Positions 44,186 to 53,910 of a stretch of DNA of 64,000 nt are shown here, piece by piece. Both the position numbers and the translations under genes were made by a program. Each line of letters starts with the position of its first letter. The stretch's first letter is position 1. Source of the DNA: an uncultured Gammaproteobacteria bacterium. Lineage in GTDB: Bacteria; Patescibacteriota; Microgenomatia; CAYXHB01; CAZYTL01. The notes beneath the pieces were generated by a model. That model saw nothing but the letters and a program-made list of their open reading frames with translations, ran no database searches and had not been told where the DNA came from. Location of the stretch: contig CAZYTL010000001.1 of assembly GCA_964650355.1 (NCBI GenBank), positions 4,018 to 68,017 on the forward strand, in the 5' to 3' direction.

Positions 44186-46564
44186 CTAAAACATTCTTCG
44201 ACTTTGTGTCTTGATTTTGGCCTTCCAAACTTCAAAAATAAATTTATTAACATCTTCTTCGTTTACTAAGCGTACGATGATTTCATTGGATCTTCCCAGC
44301 ATTGGTACTCTGTTGTATCTATCCCTAATGGCCTCTACTAAGCCATAAACTTCCATCATTAGTTGTTTTTCTGTAGGAGATGACAACTTGACTCCGTCAG
44401 GAACATCAGAAAACCATTTATTGGCATAAGCTTTCTCAAATGGTTTGATGAACTCTTTCAGATAGTTAACAATTCCCATTTTATCTTGCTTAAGTGCCAA
44501 TATCCCAATAAAACATGCTCTCTCCATGATTCTGGGTTCTGTAAATCCATAACTATCTCCGGTTTCTTTTGTGAGCATTTTACTTGCAAAATTATTGATT
44601 ATTTTGATTGCGTCCCTGGCGACTTGGTCTTGGTTTTTCTGCAAAGCTCTAATACCAATTTTTGCTGCTGCCTCGACAAGAGAGTCAAGTGATTGATCTT
44701 TCCTAATTTTTTCTACATCGTGAGTAAACCACTCAGTCTGGAAGATGTACCAACCTACTTGTTTTAATAATTCTTCCTTATCTTGTTGCCACTTCTCATC
44801 TTCTGTTAAATCTAAAAGAAGGCATCCGATATCTGCAATTAAGTTTCCAAAAGTGTTCACCAACAAATGGTTGGGGTTTTTCATTTTTTCTGATAGATAG
44901 CGTAGCGTAGAGCGAAGTTCTTCAACAACCACAAAGAAGATTCCTTTCCATTCTTTGCGGTCATCTTCCTTTTTTGCACTATTAGCAGCTTTTGCAATTT
45001 GAAAGATCAAAGATGACGTATTTTCAAATGGGTTGGATAGGTTGGTTTGCATTACGAAGCTGCTGTCTAGAGCTCCCGCCATCATGGAGAGGTAAGCATA
45101 ATAAATTATTTGTCTAAGATGTTCCCACAAAGAACCCAATTCCATCTCTAGGTTGAAGTATTTAGAAGTTATAAGTTGAGTTAATATCGAGTTGTAAGTA
45201 TTAATGACCTCACCTAACACAACATTGTATTTATTTCCCAAAGCACTGAAGGCAATTTTATCGAGCATCCCGTAAATTGAGATGAACTCATAGTGGAGAT
45301 TTTGCTTTATTGCAATAGGAGCTATCTGACCGTAAGCGACTGCACCTTGAAATAAGGCTTCTTGATATTTAAATTTGATCGCGCTTTGAAGTAGTTGATC
45401 GAGGTAACCTCGACACTGTTCCATTATTGGACTTTCTACCTTTCTTTTGGTTAGGTAGTTAATTTGACTAGCAGATTGAGATAATTGGACAAAAATGTTA
45501 ATTACTTGGGTTATTCCCTGGTTATCATTTTCTCGCATATAGTTTTCACCAACGGCAACCAGCCTCTCTAGAGGCGGAGTCAAGAAAGCTCTTGAATCAC
45601 TAGTTGTTGCAAGCACAAATCCTGCAGGTAACACGAAAGAAGAATCTTTTCTAACTTCAAAATATTTTTGCAAAATACTTGTTATTACTTGTAATACTTG
45701 AAGTGCAGAGCTCCTTTCGTTTGTAGACACAAGTCGATCATGGTAATCGAAAAGATAATTTAGCCTGCTATTAATGTAAGCAAATTCTGGCTGCATGTAC
45801 TGAAAAGATGTCGCCAGAGCTTCTTGTTTAGTTACCTTTTTATCTAGCTTTGGTTGTTTCATTAAGACATCAGCTATTTCTTGAGCTCGCTTGTAAATAG
45901 ATTCAATTTTATGAAGAGCTTGCTCTGAAGCGATTTTCAAAACATTGTTAGGGTTCAGCCTAGTCCTAACTCTCTGATAGAGGATAAATGTTAGGTAGAA
46001 AACAAAACCTACTAAAATTAAGGAGAGCTGAAGCGAGGCTGTCGATAGCCCTAATCCAAAATTCCCAAAGAGCAGAGAAAAGGAAAAGACAACCAAGGCA
46101 CAGGCACTAATTAAGAAGAAAATTAAATCATGGACATTATCTTTCGCGGCAGTTTCATAAAACCCTACTGGTATTCTCTCAGCAGCGTTTCCCATAAGCA
46201 AAATGCTCAAAGAAAAAATTATTGCCAAGATTCCACCAATCATAGCTGCTACTGCAGTAAAAAAGGTCAGAGCATCACTTCTGTCAAAGATTGAAATATA
46301 AGGGCCAAGAAAATAAACCAAACAAAGGAGAAGAACAAAATATAACAATCCGCCAAGCAAGTTCCTTTTCGACTTTAAGTAAAGAGACAATCTGTAGCGA
46401 ATAAAATTTAGGATCCTAAGCTTAATCAAGTAGAAATAGAAAACTGCTGTTTTCTTGAGAGATCTCAGCTGACTCAACAACTTTTTCTTGTTTTGAAAAA
46501 ATAATCTACAGACTTTTTTTGAGCCTTTCAAAAATGATTGTTTAGAGGATTTCTTTTTTGCCAT
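44186..46564 (-). CDS. large multi-pass membrane protein with long cytoplasmic domain (candidate defence effector)
   Basis: 792 aa. The N-terminal basic leader is followed by about 4-5 hydrophobic helices, then about 600 aa of soluble domain with no known motif. It is the last gene of an HTH-led operon. Confidence 0.45.
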   Translation of the reverse strand: MAKKKSSKQSFLKGSKKVCRLFFQNKKKLLSQLRSLKKTAVFYFYLIKLRILNFIRYRLSLYLKSKRNLLGGLLYFVLLLCLVYFLGPYISIFDRSDALTFFTAVAAMIGGILAIIFSLSILLMGNAAERIPVGFYETAAKDNVHDLIFFLISACALVVFSFSLLFGNFGLGLSTASLQLSLILVGFVFYLTFILYQRVRTRLNPNNVLKIASEQALHKIESIYKRAQEIADVLMKQPKLDKKVTKQEALATSFQYMQPEFAYINSRLNYLFDYHDRLVSTNERSSALQVLQVITSILQKYFEVRKDSSFVLPAGFVLATTSDSRAFLTPPLERLVAVGENYMRENDNQGITQVINIFVQLSQSASQINYLTKRKVESPIMEQCRGYLDQLLQSAIKFKYQEALFQGAVAYGQIAPIAIKQNLHYEFISIYGMLDKIAFSALGNKYNVVLGEVINTYNSILTQLITSKYFNLEMELGSLWEHLRQIIYYAYLSMMAGALDSSFVMQTNLSNPFENTSSLIFQIAKAANSAKKEDDRKEWKGIFFVVVEELRSTLRYLSEKMKNPNHLLVNTFGNLIADIGCLLLDLTEDEKWQQDKEELLKQVGWYIFQTEWFTHDVEKIRKDQSLDSLVEAAAKIGIRALQKNQDQVARDAIKIINNFASKMLTKETGDSYGFTEPRIMERACFIGILALKQDKMGIVNYLKEFIKPFEKAYANKWFSDVPDGVKLSSPTEKQLMMEVYGLVEAIRDRYNRVPMLGRSNEIIVRLVNEEDVNKFIFEVWKAKIKTQSRRMF

Positions 46565-46570
46565 ATATTG

Positions 46571-47284
46571 CTATTCCAACCAACCAAAATCTTTGTTTAA
46601 ATATTTTTTATCGATTTGGTTGTTTATCTCTTTTCTAACTTTTTCTTTGGATCCGGTTCTTTTTAGTTCCAAAACATTCGGAACTTTGTTTTGTTTATAA
46701 AGAAAAGCAATTTCTCCAACGTTTATATACCCGATTTGGATATCTAGATTCAATACTGTTAAAGAAACGATTGTATCTGGGGTCGTTTGTATGATTTGAA
46801 GAGCCCATACAGCGAATTTTATTTGATGTTTGATCAAAAACTGGTTTACTTCTTGGTAATTAGGTTCTATACCATCTTCAACTTTCACTAGGAGCACGTA
46901 TTGCTCACCGTACTTCGTATATTTTGAGTTAATTTTGTCAGATGACAGAAGTTGTTGTAGTAATGTTTGCCCATTTTTAGCATCGTATCGAGTTAGTTCT
47001 ATTGTCGAAATATCAAAATCTCCCAGACGCTCTTTTGATTCTTGTCCGATGTAACCATCAGGAGGATCTTGTTTAGACACTTGGACAAGGGGCAACTCGT
47101 GCGTTTTTTTGTTCAATGCGTAAATAGCTAAGGCGGTGAGGGAAAGATCGTATGACTCTATTAATTTTTTATATTTTCGCTCTTTCTTTAGTTGTTCTAT
47201 TCCTTTATTTTGAACCAATTCAACACAACACTGATGAATAAAGGCAGGACAGAACCAGATCTTGTTAGGGTGTTTCCATGCCAT
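46571..47284 (-). CDS. hypothetical protein (operon partner)
   Basis: 237-aa ORF spaced 3-6 nt from its neighbours. Confidence 0.4.
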   Translation of the reverse strand: MAWKHPNKIWFCPAFIHQCCVELVQNKGIEQLKKERKYKKLIESYDLSLTALAIYALNKKTHELPLVQVSKQDPPDGYIGQESKERLGDFDISTIELTRYDAKNGQTLLQQLLSSDKINSKYTKYGEQYVLLVKVEDGIEPNYQEVNQFLIKHQIKFAVWALQIIQTTPDTIVSLTVLNLDIQIGYINVGEIAFLYKQNKVPNVLELKRTGSKEKVRKEINNQIDKKYLNKDFGWLE

Positions 47285-47287
47285 AAA

Positions 47288-48022
47288 TTATTTCTTTATA
47301 TAATTTTGTTTATACTTTTTTTGAATTTCTTTTAGACGATACGGCTCGAATCTAGAAAGGTAATCAATAACTAAGGCTACGTGATGCTTAGCATTATTTT
47401 CTACATGGTGATACATCCAAGTTTCGTCATTCAATTTGCCAGAAATTGTGTTGAGTATTTTCTCTATTGTTTTAAATAACTCTTTAACTTCAGCAGCACT
47501 AATACTAGGCAATTTTGGTTTTCTAACGTCGTCGTGAACAAGCCACTTGTCTCGATAGGTTTTCGCTTTTTTGATAGCTTTGTTTTGTTTTTCAAGCATT
47601 TTTCTTATTAAAGCTAGATCTGAATATTGCAAACCTTTGTACCTCTCTGTTAGTTCTTTTAAGAGTTGACGATCTTGATTGTATTCAGTGAAAGCATCAA
47701 TTGTTAAGTGTTTTAGTTTGCTCTCCGTGAAGTTAACAATTTTGTTGATATGCAGTGACTGATCTGATACATCTAGGAGCTTTCCCAATTCAAGGAAAAA
47801 GTAAGTGCGGAGCGCTTCCTGAGTAGGAACAAAAAAATTCCTATATTTATCCATGGTTTTTACATTTGCTTTTGCGCGTGATGGTCCAACAACGTTTGGA
47901 GCTGCAGCTTCCTTCATTCCTTCGTAAGCGTAAAAAGCAGATAGGGCGTGGAAATATCTACTTTGCAACTTCTTGATGTAGGACATTAGGGTTTTGAATT
48001 CTGTATTTTTTGGTTTGGTCAT
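47288..48022 (-). CDS. hypothetical alpha-helical protein with Rx5H (HEPN-like) motif
   Basis: 244 aa. YRDKWLVHDD gives R-x5-H in an all-alpha context, resembling HEPN/AbiU2-type proteins. Confidence 0.4.
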   Translation of the reverse strand: MTKPKNTEFKTLMSYIKKLQSRYFHALSAFYAYEGMKEAAAPNVVGPSRAKANVKTMDKYRNFFVPTQEALRTYFFLELGKLLDVSDQSLHINKIVNFTESKLKHLTIDAFTEYNQDRQLLKELTERYKGLQYSDLALIRKMLEKQNKAIKKAKTYRDKWLVHDDVRKPKLPSISAAEVKELFKTIEKILNTISGKLNDETWMYHHVENNAKHHVALVIDYLSRFEPYRLKEIQKKYKQNYIKK

Positions 48023-48213
48023 GTATTTTTCGTTTTGATAAATTGATCGATAGATTTTGGATCATATCTTCTATCCCCGCGCTCGTTTACTTTAATTGCT
48101 TTTAGTTTTCCGCTCTTATCCCATCGCCTAAGGGTCTCGACATGAACATTCAAAACTTCCGCCGCTTGGCGAATATTTAGTAGTTTCGGTAATGCAATGT
48201 TTTTCTTCGACAT
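48019..48213 (-). CDS. excisionase/MerR-like HTH DNA-binding protein (paralogue of 33174..33386)
   Basis: LLNIRQAAEVLNVHVETLRRWDKSGKLKAIKV. It overlaps the start of the downstream gene by 4 nt. Confidence 0.6.
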   Translation of the reverse strand: MSKKNIALPKLLNIRQAAEVLNVHVETLRRWDKSGKLKAIKVNERGDRRYDPKSIDQFIKTKNT

Positions 48214-48269
48214 AACTCAACTTAATTATACAAAAATATAGCCTAAGTTGATATACTTGTAATACAACC

Positions 48270-49922
48270 ATGAGTGCAAAAAAAACTAACAATCATGTAC
48301 CATCGCATAGTGACAACGACTTTACAGATAAAGAGTCAGTAAGTCTTATTGAAAATATTTTAGCTCGCCATAAACGAGTCATGCCGAAGCTGTATTCGAG
48401 CGACAAATGGCCAAATATTGATGGCCATATTGAAGTCCAAGACGCTGGCCATACGTTGGTAGGTCGCTCATTTGTGCAGGCCAAAACCCTCCCAGGCGAT
48501 CATAATTTGAAATTTGCTTGCCCGGTCTCGTTCTTTTCAAGTTGTGAGATAGACCCGTGTTTTTTGTTTGGTGTTGATAATCAAAATGGGAGGGTTTATT
48601 GGCTTTACTTCGATGCTAACGTTATAAAGGAAATTGATTTTGATGGGAACACCTCAACAAAAACAATTGAATTTAATGAATCACAATACTTCGATAAGGA
48701 TAAGACTGATTATATTGAGGAGTGGAAAAAAATCATCAGAGATAACCAACAAAAATTTAAGCAGTATAACGAGCTAAAAGAGTCGTACGAGCTTATTCTC
48801 AGTAGTTCCAATAGAGCCATGGGGAAAACTGATAAAAACTTTTCTAAAATTCATTTGTTTCTTGATGAACTAAATAGAGGACTTGATCATCAATTTCAGA
48901 TAGTAAAAGATATTTTTTACCCAAAAACTTGGAAAATAGGGCTTGCGTACTATAACTATGAAGACACAAAGGTTGCCTACATTTCGTTTCCAATCCCAAT
49001 CGATCAGAATGATGTTCAAATAAAAGAGGTTGATGATGATCTACGAGATAAATTGAAGCAGCAAGGCCTTGGGTTTACTGGACACTTTGCTGAAAACCCT
49101 ATTGAGGTTAGGCCAAGAGAATATGCGAAAGAAATTATAGGTTCAAAAGTGACATCTATCTTGGAGAGGCAACTTCTAAACCACAGAGGGCATGAGTTGT
49201 TGGCTCAAGAAACTGTATTCAACTTCATTAATAGTTACCACGACCACTTAGATTTACCTAAAAAAGACTCTTACCCTCTCGAAGAAGTAAAAAGCAGCAA
49301 AGAATTGATGCGGATGAAAAACACTTCCTTATTATCTATAAACGCAAAACACATCAATCTAAGCATTTTTTGGGAACTCTTAAATTTCTTGGAATCAAAA
49401 CAACTTCCAATCAGCAGAGTGTATAAGGCAAAAGATTTTTCAAGAATTCCCAATGGTGGTTGGGTTTGGAATGTTTTCTCAAAACCGGATACAGAACATA
49501 ACCTAAATATTGTCTTTGATAATCTTTCTTCTGCTTACGAACAGATCATCCTCAATAACTTCCCTTTGCTTAAAAAGGATTTTTCTCTCTTTCAGGAAGC
49601 AAACAAAATTCTCGTCCGCTATAAACTTAAAGAAAAATATACAGATTTCGGATCGGGACCAACTTACGAAATGTTCTATCTCAAAGCGGACAACAATGCT
49701 ACACAAAAATCAATTGAAGTAATAGAAGATAGTGAAGCAAACACCCTTAATAAGTTATTTTATTCTGGTGGTCCATATAAATATGAATATAAAGGTGGTC
49801 GATACACCTTACTTTCGGCACAGCATAGCGTTTTAGATTTTATCTACGATGACACTCCGCTATTTAGCTTAGTGTACGAAATACTAGTTCGAAGAGTTAA
49901 TCAATATTTTGAAAAATCATGA
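48270..49922 (+). CDS. hypothetical 550-aa protein, possible N-terminal PD-(D/E)xK-like motif
   Basis: WPNIDGHIEVQD...FVQAKT is a possible D...E.Q...QAK arrangement, which is weak. The remainder has no recognisable domain. Confidence 0.35.
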   Translation: MSAKKTNNHVPSHSDNDFTDKESVSLIENILARHKRVMPKLYSSDKWPNIDGHIEVQDAGHTLVGRSFVQAKTLPGDHNLKFACPVSFFSSCEIDPCFLFGVDNQNGRVYWLYFDANVIKEIDFDGNTSTKTIEFNESQYFDKDKTDYIEEWKKIIRDNQQKFKQYNELKESYELILSSSNRAMGKTDKNFSKIHLFLDELNRGLDHQFQIVKDIFYPKTWKIGLAYYNYEDTKVAYISFPIPIDQNDVQIKEVDDDLRDKLKQQGLGFTGHFAENPIEVRPREYAKEIIGSKVTSILERQLLNHRGHELLAQETVFNFINSYHDHLDLPKKDSYPLEEVKSSKELMRMKNTSLLSINAKHINLSIFWELLNFLESKQLPISRVYKAKDFSRIPNGGWVWNVFSKPDTEHNLNIVFDNLSSAYEQIILNNFPLLKKDFSLFQEANKILVRYKLKEKYTDFGSGPTYEMFYLKADNNATQKSIEVIEDSEANTLNKLFYSGGPYKYEYKGGRYTLLSAQHSVLDFIYDDTPLFSLVYEILVRRVNQYFEKS

Positions 49923-49937
49923 ATAAAACCAGGCAAT

Positions 49938-50501
49938 TTATTCAAAGCTCACACTCGATAATATTTGATCAGTAATTGCCTTATTTTCCTCTGTTGGAGG
50001 ATATGTGGAGAATGACATAAGTTTGTCATCCTTGACTATGATTGTTTGGTATCTGCCCTTAGGACCTGTAACTAGCCCCTCAATGCCCCTGTAGCCGCCC
50101 ACAACGGCTTCCTTGATCGATTCCTTGGACATATCCTTCTTGGCTTGCTCTAGCCCTTCCACAGCCATATTTTTGTTTGGCTGGTAAACCGTATAAAGCT
50201 GATATGTAGGCTTATCCTCTGAACCTGATTCGATATAAAAATTTACGGCGTGTTCAGTAGCCGGATCTTGCCTGAAATTCATATCTTCGGGAACAACTAC
50301 ATAAAGGCTCATTGTTCCGATAAACTTTTCACCCTCTTTGAGCTTTCTGCCAGGAGTCGCTTCCGGCAAAGGAGATGGCTTTACATTTTCCAGAACTATT
50401 GGTGAAGAAGGGACTTTCGTTGAATCTTTACGTGAGTAAATGTAGACCCCACATATAAGGATAACTATTATTGCGATAACTGTAGTTGCACGTATTTTCA
50501 T
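49938..50501 (-). CDS. membrane-anchored/secreted protein
   Basis: N-terminal transmembrane/signal helix (TTVIAIIVILICGVYIY). Confidence 0.4.
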   Translation of the reverse strand: MKIRATTVIAIIVILICGVYIYSRKDSTKVPSSPIVLENVKPSPLPEATPGRKLKEGEKFIGTMSLYVVVPEDMNFRQDPATEHAVNFYIESGSEDKPTYQLYTVYQPNKNMAVEGLEQAKKDMSKESIKEAVVGGYRGIEGLVTGPKGRYQTIIVKDDKLMSFSTYPPTEENKAITDQILSSVSFE

Positions 50502-50503
50502 AA

Positions 50504-51046
50504 TTATTCACTCGGTCGGACTTGTGGTTCGCCCATATAAGGACCGCCAGGCATAAACATATAACCATAATCCGTTTTTACTTCCTGAGGATAGTTAAGG
50601 AGAATCCTGGCTACTTCCCAGGTGGTCATTTTAGTTCCCAAGCCATAAACTCCCCTGTCGATAGTATTTCTTCCAACTTTTATTGCGTTTTCTTCACCAA
50701 GGTTAGTGTCTTCCGAGTTCTCCAGGGCGTATCTTAAAGCCTGCTCATCCCTAACAAATCCATAGTAGTGTAGGTTGCTTACGAGAGCATCCAGTGTCAT
50801 ATTTTCGGTTACATAGAAGCTGGCACCCAATTCTTCTGCATCCTGGGCTTCTTCCGGAGTCATACGAAGTCTCTCAATGAAGTAATCTGCTACCGTTTTG
50901 CCGTCCCAGGTACTTTTATCGACAGCCTGGAATTTTGATTGATCTATTTTGGGCCGGAACATTTGAAAGGAGACTGTTGCTACAATGAGTATTGCCAGTC
51001 CGTATAGTAAGTAATATTTTATTGATTTTTGCCTTGAGTTTTTCAT
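50504..51046 (-). CDS. membrane-anchored protein
   Basis: The ORF track starts it at 51094. The internal ATG at 51046 (MKNSRQKSIKYYLLYGLAILIVA...) gives a typical signal-anchor. Confidence 0.4.
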   Translation of the reverse strand: MKNSRQKSIKYYLLYGLAILIVATVSFQMFRPKIDQSKFQAVDKSTWDGKTVADYFIERLRMTPEEAQDAEELGASFYVTENMTLDALVSNLHYYGFVRDEQALRYALENSEDTNLGEENAIKVGRNTIDRGVYGLGTKMTTWEVARILLNYPQEVKTDYGYMFMPGGPYMGEPQVRPSE

Positions 51047-51182
51047 ATTTACCTGCTTTTCCAACATTATCTCCAGGAAGATAAGGAAAGTCAAATTATT
51101 CTTACTTTACTTACATATTGCCTATAGGAACAGGAAATCTAGCCCCTTTCAGAGCTAGAATTTCCTTGCCTCATCCTTCAGA

Positions 51183-51803
51183 TTAAGGATTGTGGCTACC
51201 TGGACAATAGGCGCTTGATGAGTTTGCTTCATGACAAATTTCGGTATCATCGAAACCAATTTGTCTAGTAGTGCCCTCACAGGTTACGTCAGTCAACCAA
51301 GTGTTCATAATCTGATAGTAGTTGCTTGTTGTAGGCAACGAAATCCATCGATTATAGTAAGCATTTTGATTGATCGTGAAGCTGTAACCGCTTCCGCCGT
51401 TGTAGGTAATCTGATATGGGGCTGCCGTTGTCGTGGCATAGTTACTTGGAACAAAAGTGTACCAGTAGCTCCACTGGGCAATATTACCCATATTCCATCT
51501 CGCATAGTTGCTCAGAGAACAACCTGAGTAGGTCTTCCACATACTGTAGGGAGCCCCGTTGTATGGGGACTGATTTGAGCATTGACCATTCTCACACCAG
51601 TTGTTTGGGTTATGGCACCAGCCATAATCTCCATGCTCCCACCAGTATTGGCCTGGCCCATACCTGTCAAAGTATGCACCGCCAGAACAGACGATCGTTC
51701 TCTCGTTATATGCCGAGACCTGCGGGGTAACTCCAAAGAGAGCAATACCAGCTACCATTGCCAAGCTTAGAAACAATTTTGATAGAACATTTAGTTTTTT
51801 CAT
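51183..51803 (-). CDS. secreted Cys/Trp/Tyr/Asn-rich protein (toxin/bacteriocin/lectin-like)
   Basis: Signal peptide (LFLSLAMVAGIALFGVTPQVSA). The mature part has about 10 Cys and many W/Y/N. Confidence 0.45.
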   Translation of the reverse strand: MKKLNVLSKLFLSLAMVAGIALFGVTPQVSAYNERTIVCSGGAYFDRYGPGQYWWEHGDYGWCHNPNNWCENGQCSNQSPYNGAPYSMWKTYSGCSLSNYARWNMGNIAQWSYWYTFVPSNYATTTAAPYQITYNGGSGYSFTINQNAYYNRWISLPTTSNYYQIMNTWLTDVTCEGTTRQIGFDDTEICHEANSSSAYCPGSHNP

Positions 51804-52582
51804 AGATTGTCAAAAAAGCCTGCGTTGGTATAGCCAATCAATTGCCCACCTTGGGTAAATGCTACCTGCAAGGACTTACCATCTTCTCCGTGCCAGGTAA
51901 AGAAATACGTACCGACTTTTTGACCTCTTTCGAGTTCAAGTTTGTCGAGATCGACACCGAGATCCTGATCGGAAATTACATCCTTAGCCATTTGCTCTAA
52001 CTGAGCAGCGTCATAGCGAGGAGTCATATCCATGAACTCTTTTGGCTCGCCAACTTCTTTTGGACGAATGTAAGCGTCAAGAACTTTTCCAGTGGCAACA
52101 TCAACCTGATACGCATAATCTTGTGAGAAGTAGACCTCAACTCCATCTTTTTTGAAATTCTGGATACCGCCAATCTTGCGGGAATATTGCACTTCCTGCT
52201 TTGGCTGATCCTGAACTTTGTAGAGAAAACGATCATTCCAGTTGTTGATAGCGTTAATCGTTACTGCTCTCTCAGCTTCTGGACGCGCTTCCAGGCCTCT
52301 GATTTCGTTAGAGACATCTTCATGAAGTTTCTTCATCTGCACAGCTGTCTCACCGGCGTAAACTCTTTCACCAAATTCGTTAGTTGTAAATTCACCGTTC
52401 TGTTGAGCATCAGCTATAGCATCCTGAAGTTTTTTGGTCAGTGCTTCTACCTTCGCCTGTACAGGGTCCTGCTGTGCTCCGACTGGTGTCGTCTTTGATG
52501 CAACCACACCAACGAGGGCAAAGACCGCTAATAGGGGAAGAATTGCGAGATACTTTTTGGAAAGTTGATTATGTACCTTCAT
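51800..52582 (-). CDS. secreted protein, paralogous C-terminal domain to the anti-sigma factor
   Basis: Signal peptide. The C-terminal FFTWHGEDGKSLQVAFTQGGQLIGYTN parallels FFTWKGERK...TLTQGGQLVNFTN of ORF 52891..53910. Confidence 0.45.
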   Translation of the reverse strand: MKVHNQLSKKYLAILPLLAVFALVGVVASKTTPVGAQQDPVQAKVEALTKKLQDAIADAQQNGEFTTNEFGERVYAGETAVQMKKLHEDVSNEIRGLEARPEAERAVTINAINNWNDRFLYKVQDQPKQEVQYSRKIGGIQNFKKDGVEVYFSQDYAYQVDVATGKVLDAYIRPKEVGEPKEFMDMTPRYDAAQLEQMAKDVISDQDLGVDLDKLELERGQKVGTYFFTWHGEDGKSLQVAFTQGGQLIGYTNAGFFDNL

Positions 52583-52890
52583 AGCTTTTTATTTTTTTCA
52601 CCTCCTTTCTACCAGCTTTATTTATAAAAAAACCCAGACTACGCTGTTAATCTGAGTTTGCTGAGGAAAAGGAATTGAAAAGCTCTTTTGTGGAGTCTGA
52701 GTGAAGCTAAATTGAGTATGTAGAGTAAGTATATTCTTACTATTCTTACTTTTCATACATCAATAATTACAAATAGTTTTGAGAATGTCAAGCCCTGTTT
52801 ATTAGTGGTGATTTCTGTATCTCTAAAGCTATAAAAATTTCGAAGACGAGAGGAAATACCAGATGGCCTTGTTCAGAAGAGAAGAGTGAA

Positions 52891-53910
52891 TTAATCACCG
52901 AGTTCGTTCGTAAAGTTGACGAGTTGCCCACCCTGAGTTAAAGTAACTGTCAGTTGAGGAGTATAGTATTCTTTTTTCACCGTTATGCACGGTAATCCCT
53001 CCTCAAAGCTATCAGCATCCTCATTTTTTATATCCGCCCGGCAGGTAGTATAAGGATGATCAAGTTTTCGCTGTTTTCGCTCTCCCTTCCAGGTGAAGAA
53101 AAAGTTTAGGTCCTGGTCGTTTTCACCCTTACTACCGGTCTCAAGTGAGAGCTTAGTTAGATCTATTTTACCGATTGCTTTCTGATGATCCTGAATGAAC
53201 TCTCTAACTAAGATTTCAGCTTCAGCCAGGTTGTAACGAGGTGTGTAATCATATTCTTTTTGGGGACTAAACCAATGAGAACCATCTTTATTTTTACCCC
53301 AGTTGCCTTCTTTGGGAGACATTTCAACTACAAGATTTGTTTCTGTATCGATAATAAACCGGTCAAAATCCACGAGATAACTTTCAACTCTTATATGTTC
53401 TTCATCGTTGTCATTGGGATTTCTAATGCACTCATAAGTGACGTTAGCATCCGGCCTGTCGAGAAACTCTCTGACAGCCGCCACAGACTTCTCTTGTTCC
53501 TCAGCCGGTCTCGCGCTTACTGAACACCATTCTTGTTGAGCCTGTTTGTATTTCTGGCTATTTTTATCCCTGTAGTCAGGATCATTTGTAAGTAGTGATG
53601 TAAGCTCCTCTTGTAATTGATTTCTAAGACTTATGAGTGCATCAATAATTGATCCCTTGGCTGAAACGGGAGACTTTGTACTCAAAAAACCAACAAATAA
53701 GATTACCAAAGCTATGGATGCGAAAGCCAAAGGCAATCGAAATGACCAAAATGGATTTGGGGGAGGAGAGAATGTTTTGTTCAGATTTTCTTCAAGTTGC
53801 TTTTCTTCCCTAATTCTTTCGAGAATCTGTCTTTCCAAAACACTAATGTGCTTGAACTCTTTTTTACTCTCTTTGAGAAAATATGATCTAATAATGTTTT
53901 TTAGTTTCAT
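52891..53910 (-). CDS. anti-sigma factor-like single-pass membrane protein
   Basis: Cytoplasmic N-terminus, one transmembrane helix (LAFASIALVILFVGFL), and an extracytoplasmic domain. Its start overlaps the stop of the ECF sigma gene by 4 nt. Confidence 0.5.
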   Translation of the reverse strand: MKLKNIIRSYFLKESKKEFKHISVLERQILERIREEKQLEENLNKTFSPPPNPFWSFRLPLAFASIALVILFVGFLSTKSPVSAKGSIIDALISLRNQLQEELTSLLTNDPDYRDKNSQKYKQAQQEWCSVSARPAEEQEKSVAAVREFLDRPDANVTYECIRNPNDNDEEHIRVESYLVDFDRFIIDTETNLVVEMSPKEGNWGKNKDGSHWFSPQKEYDYTPRYNLAEAEILVREFIQDHQKAIGKIDLTKLSLETGSKGENDQDLNFFFTWKGERKQRKLDHPYTTCRADIKNEDADSFEEGLPCITVKKEYYTPQLTVTLTQGGQLVNFTNELGD

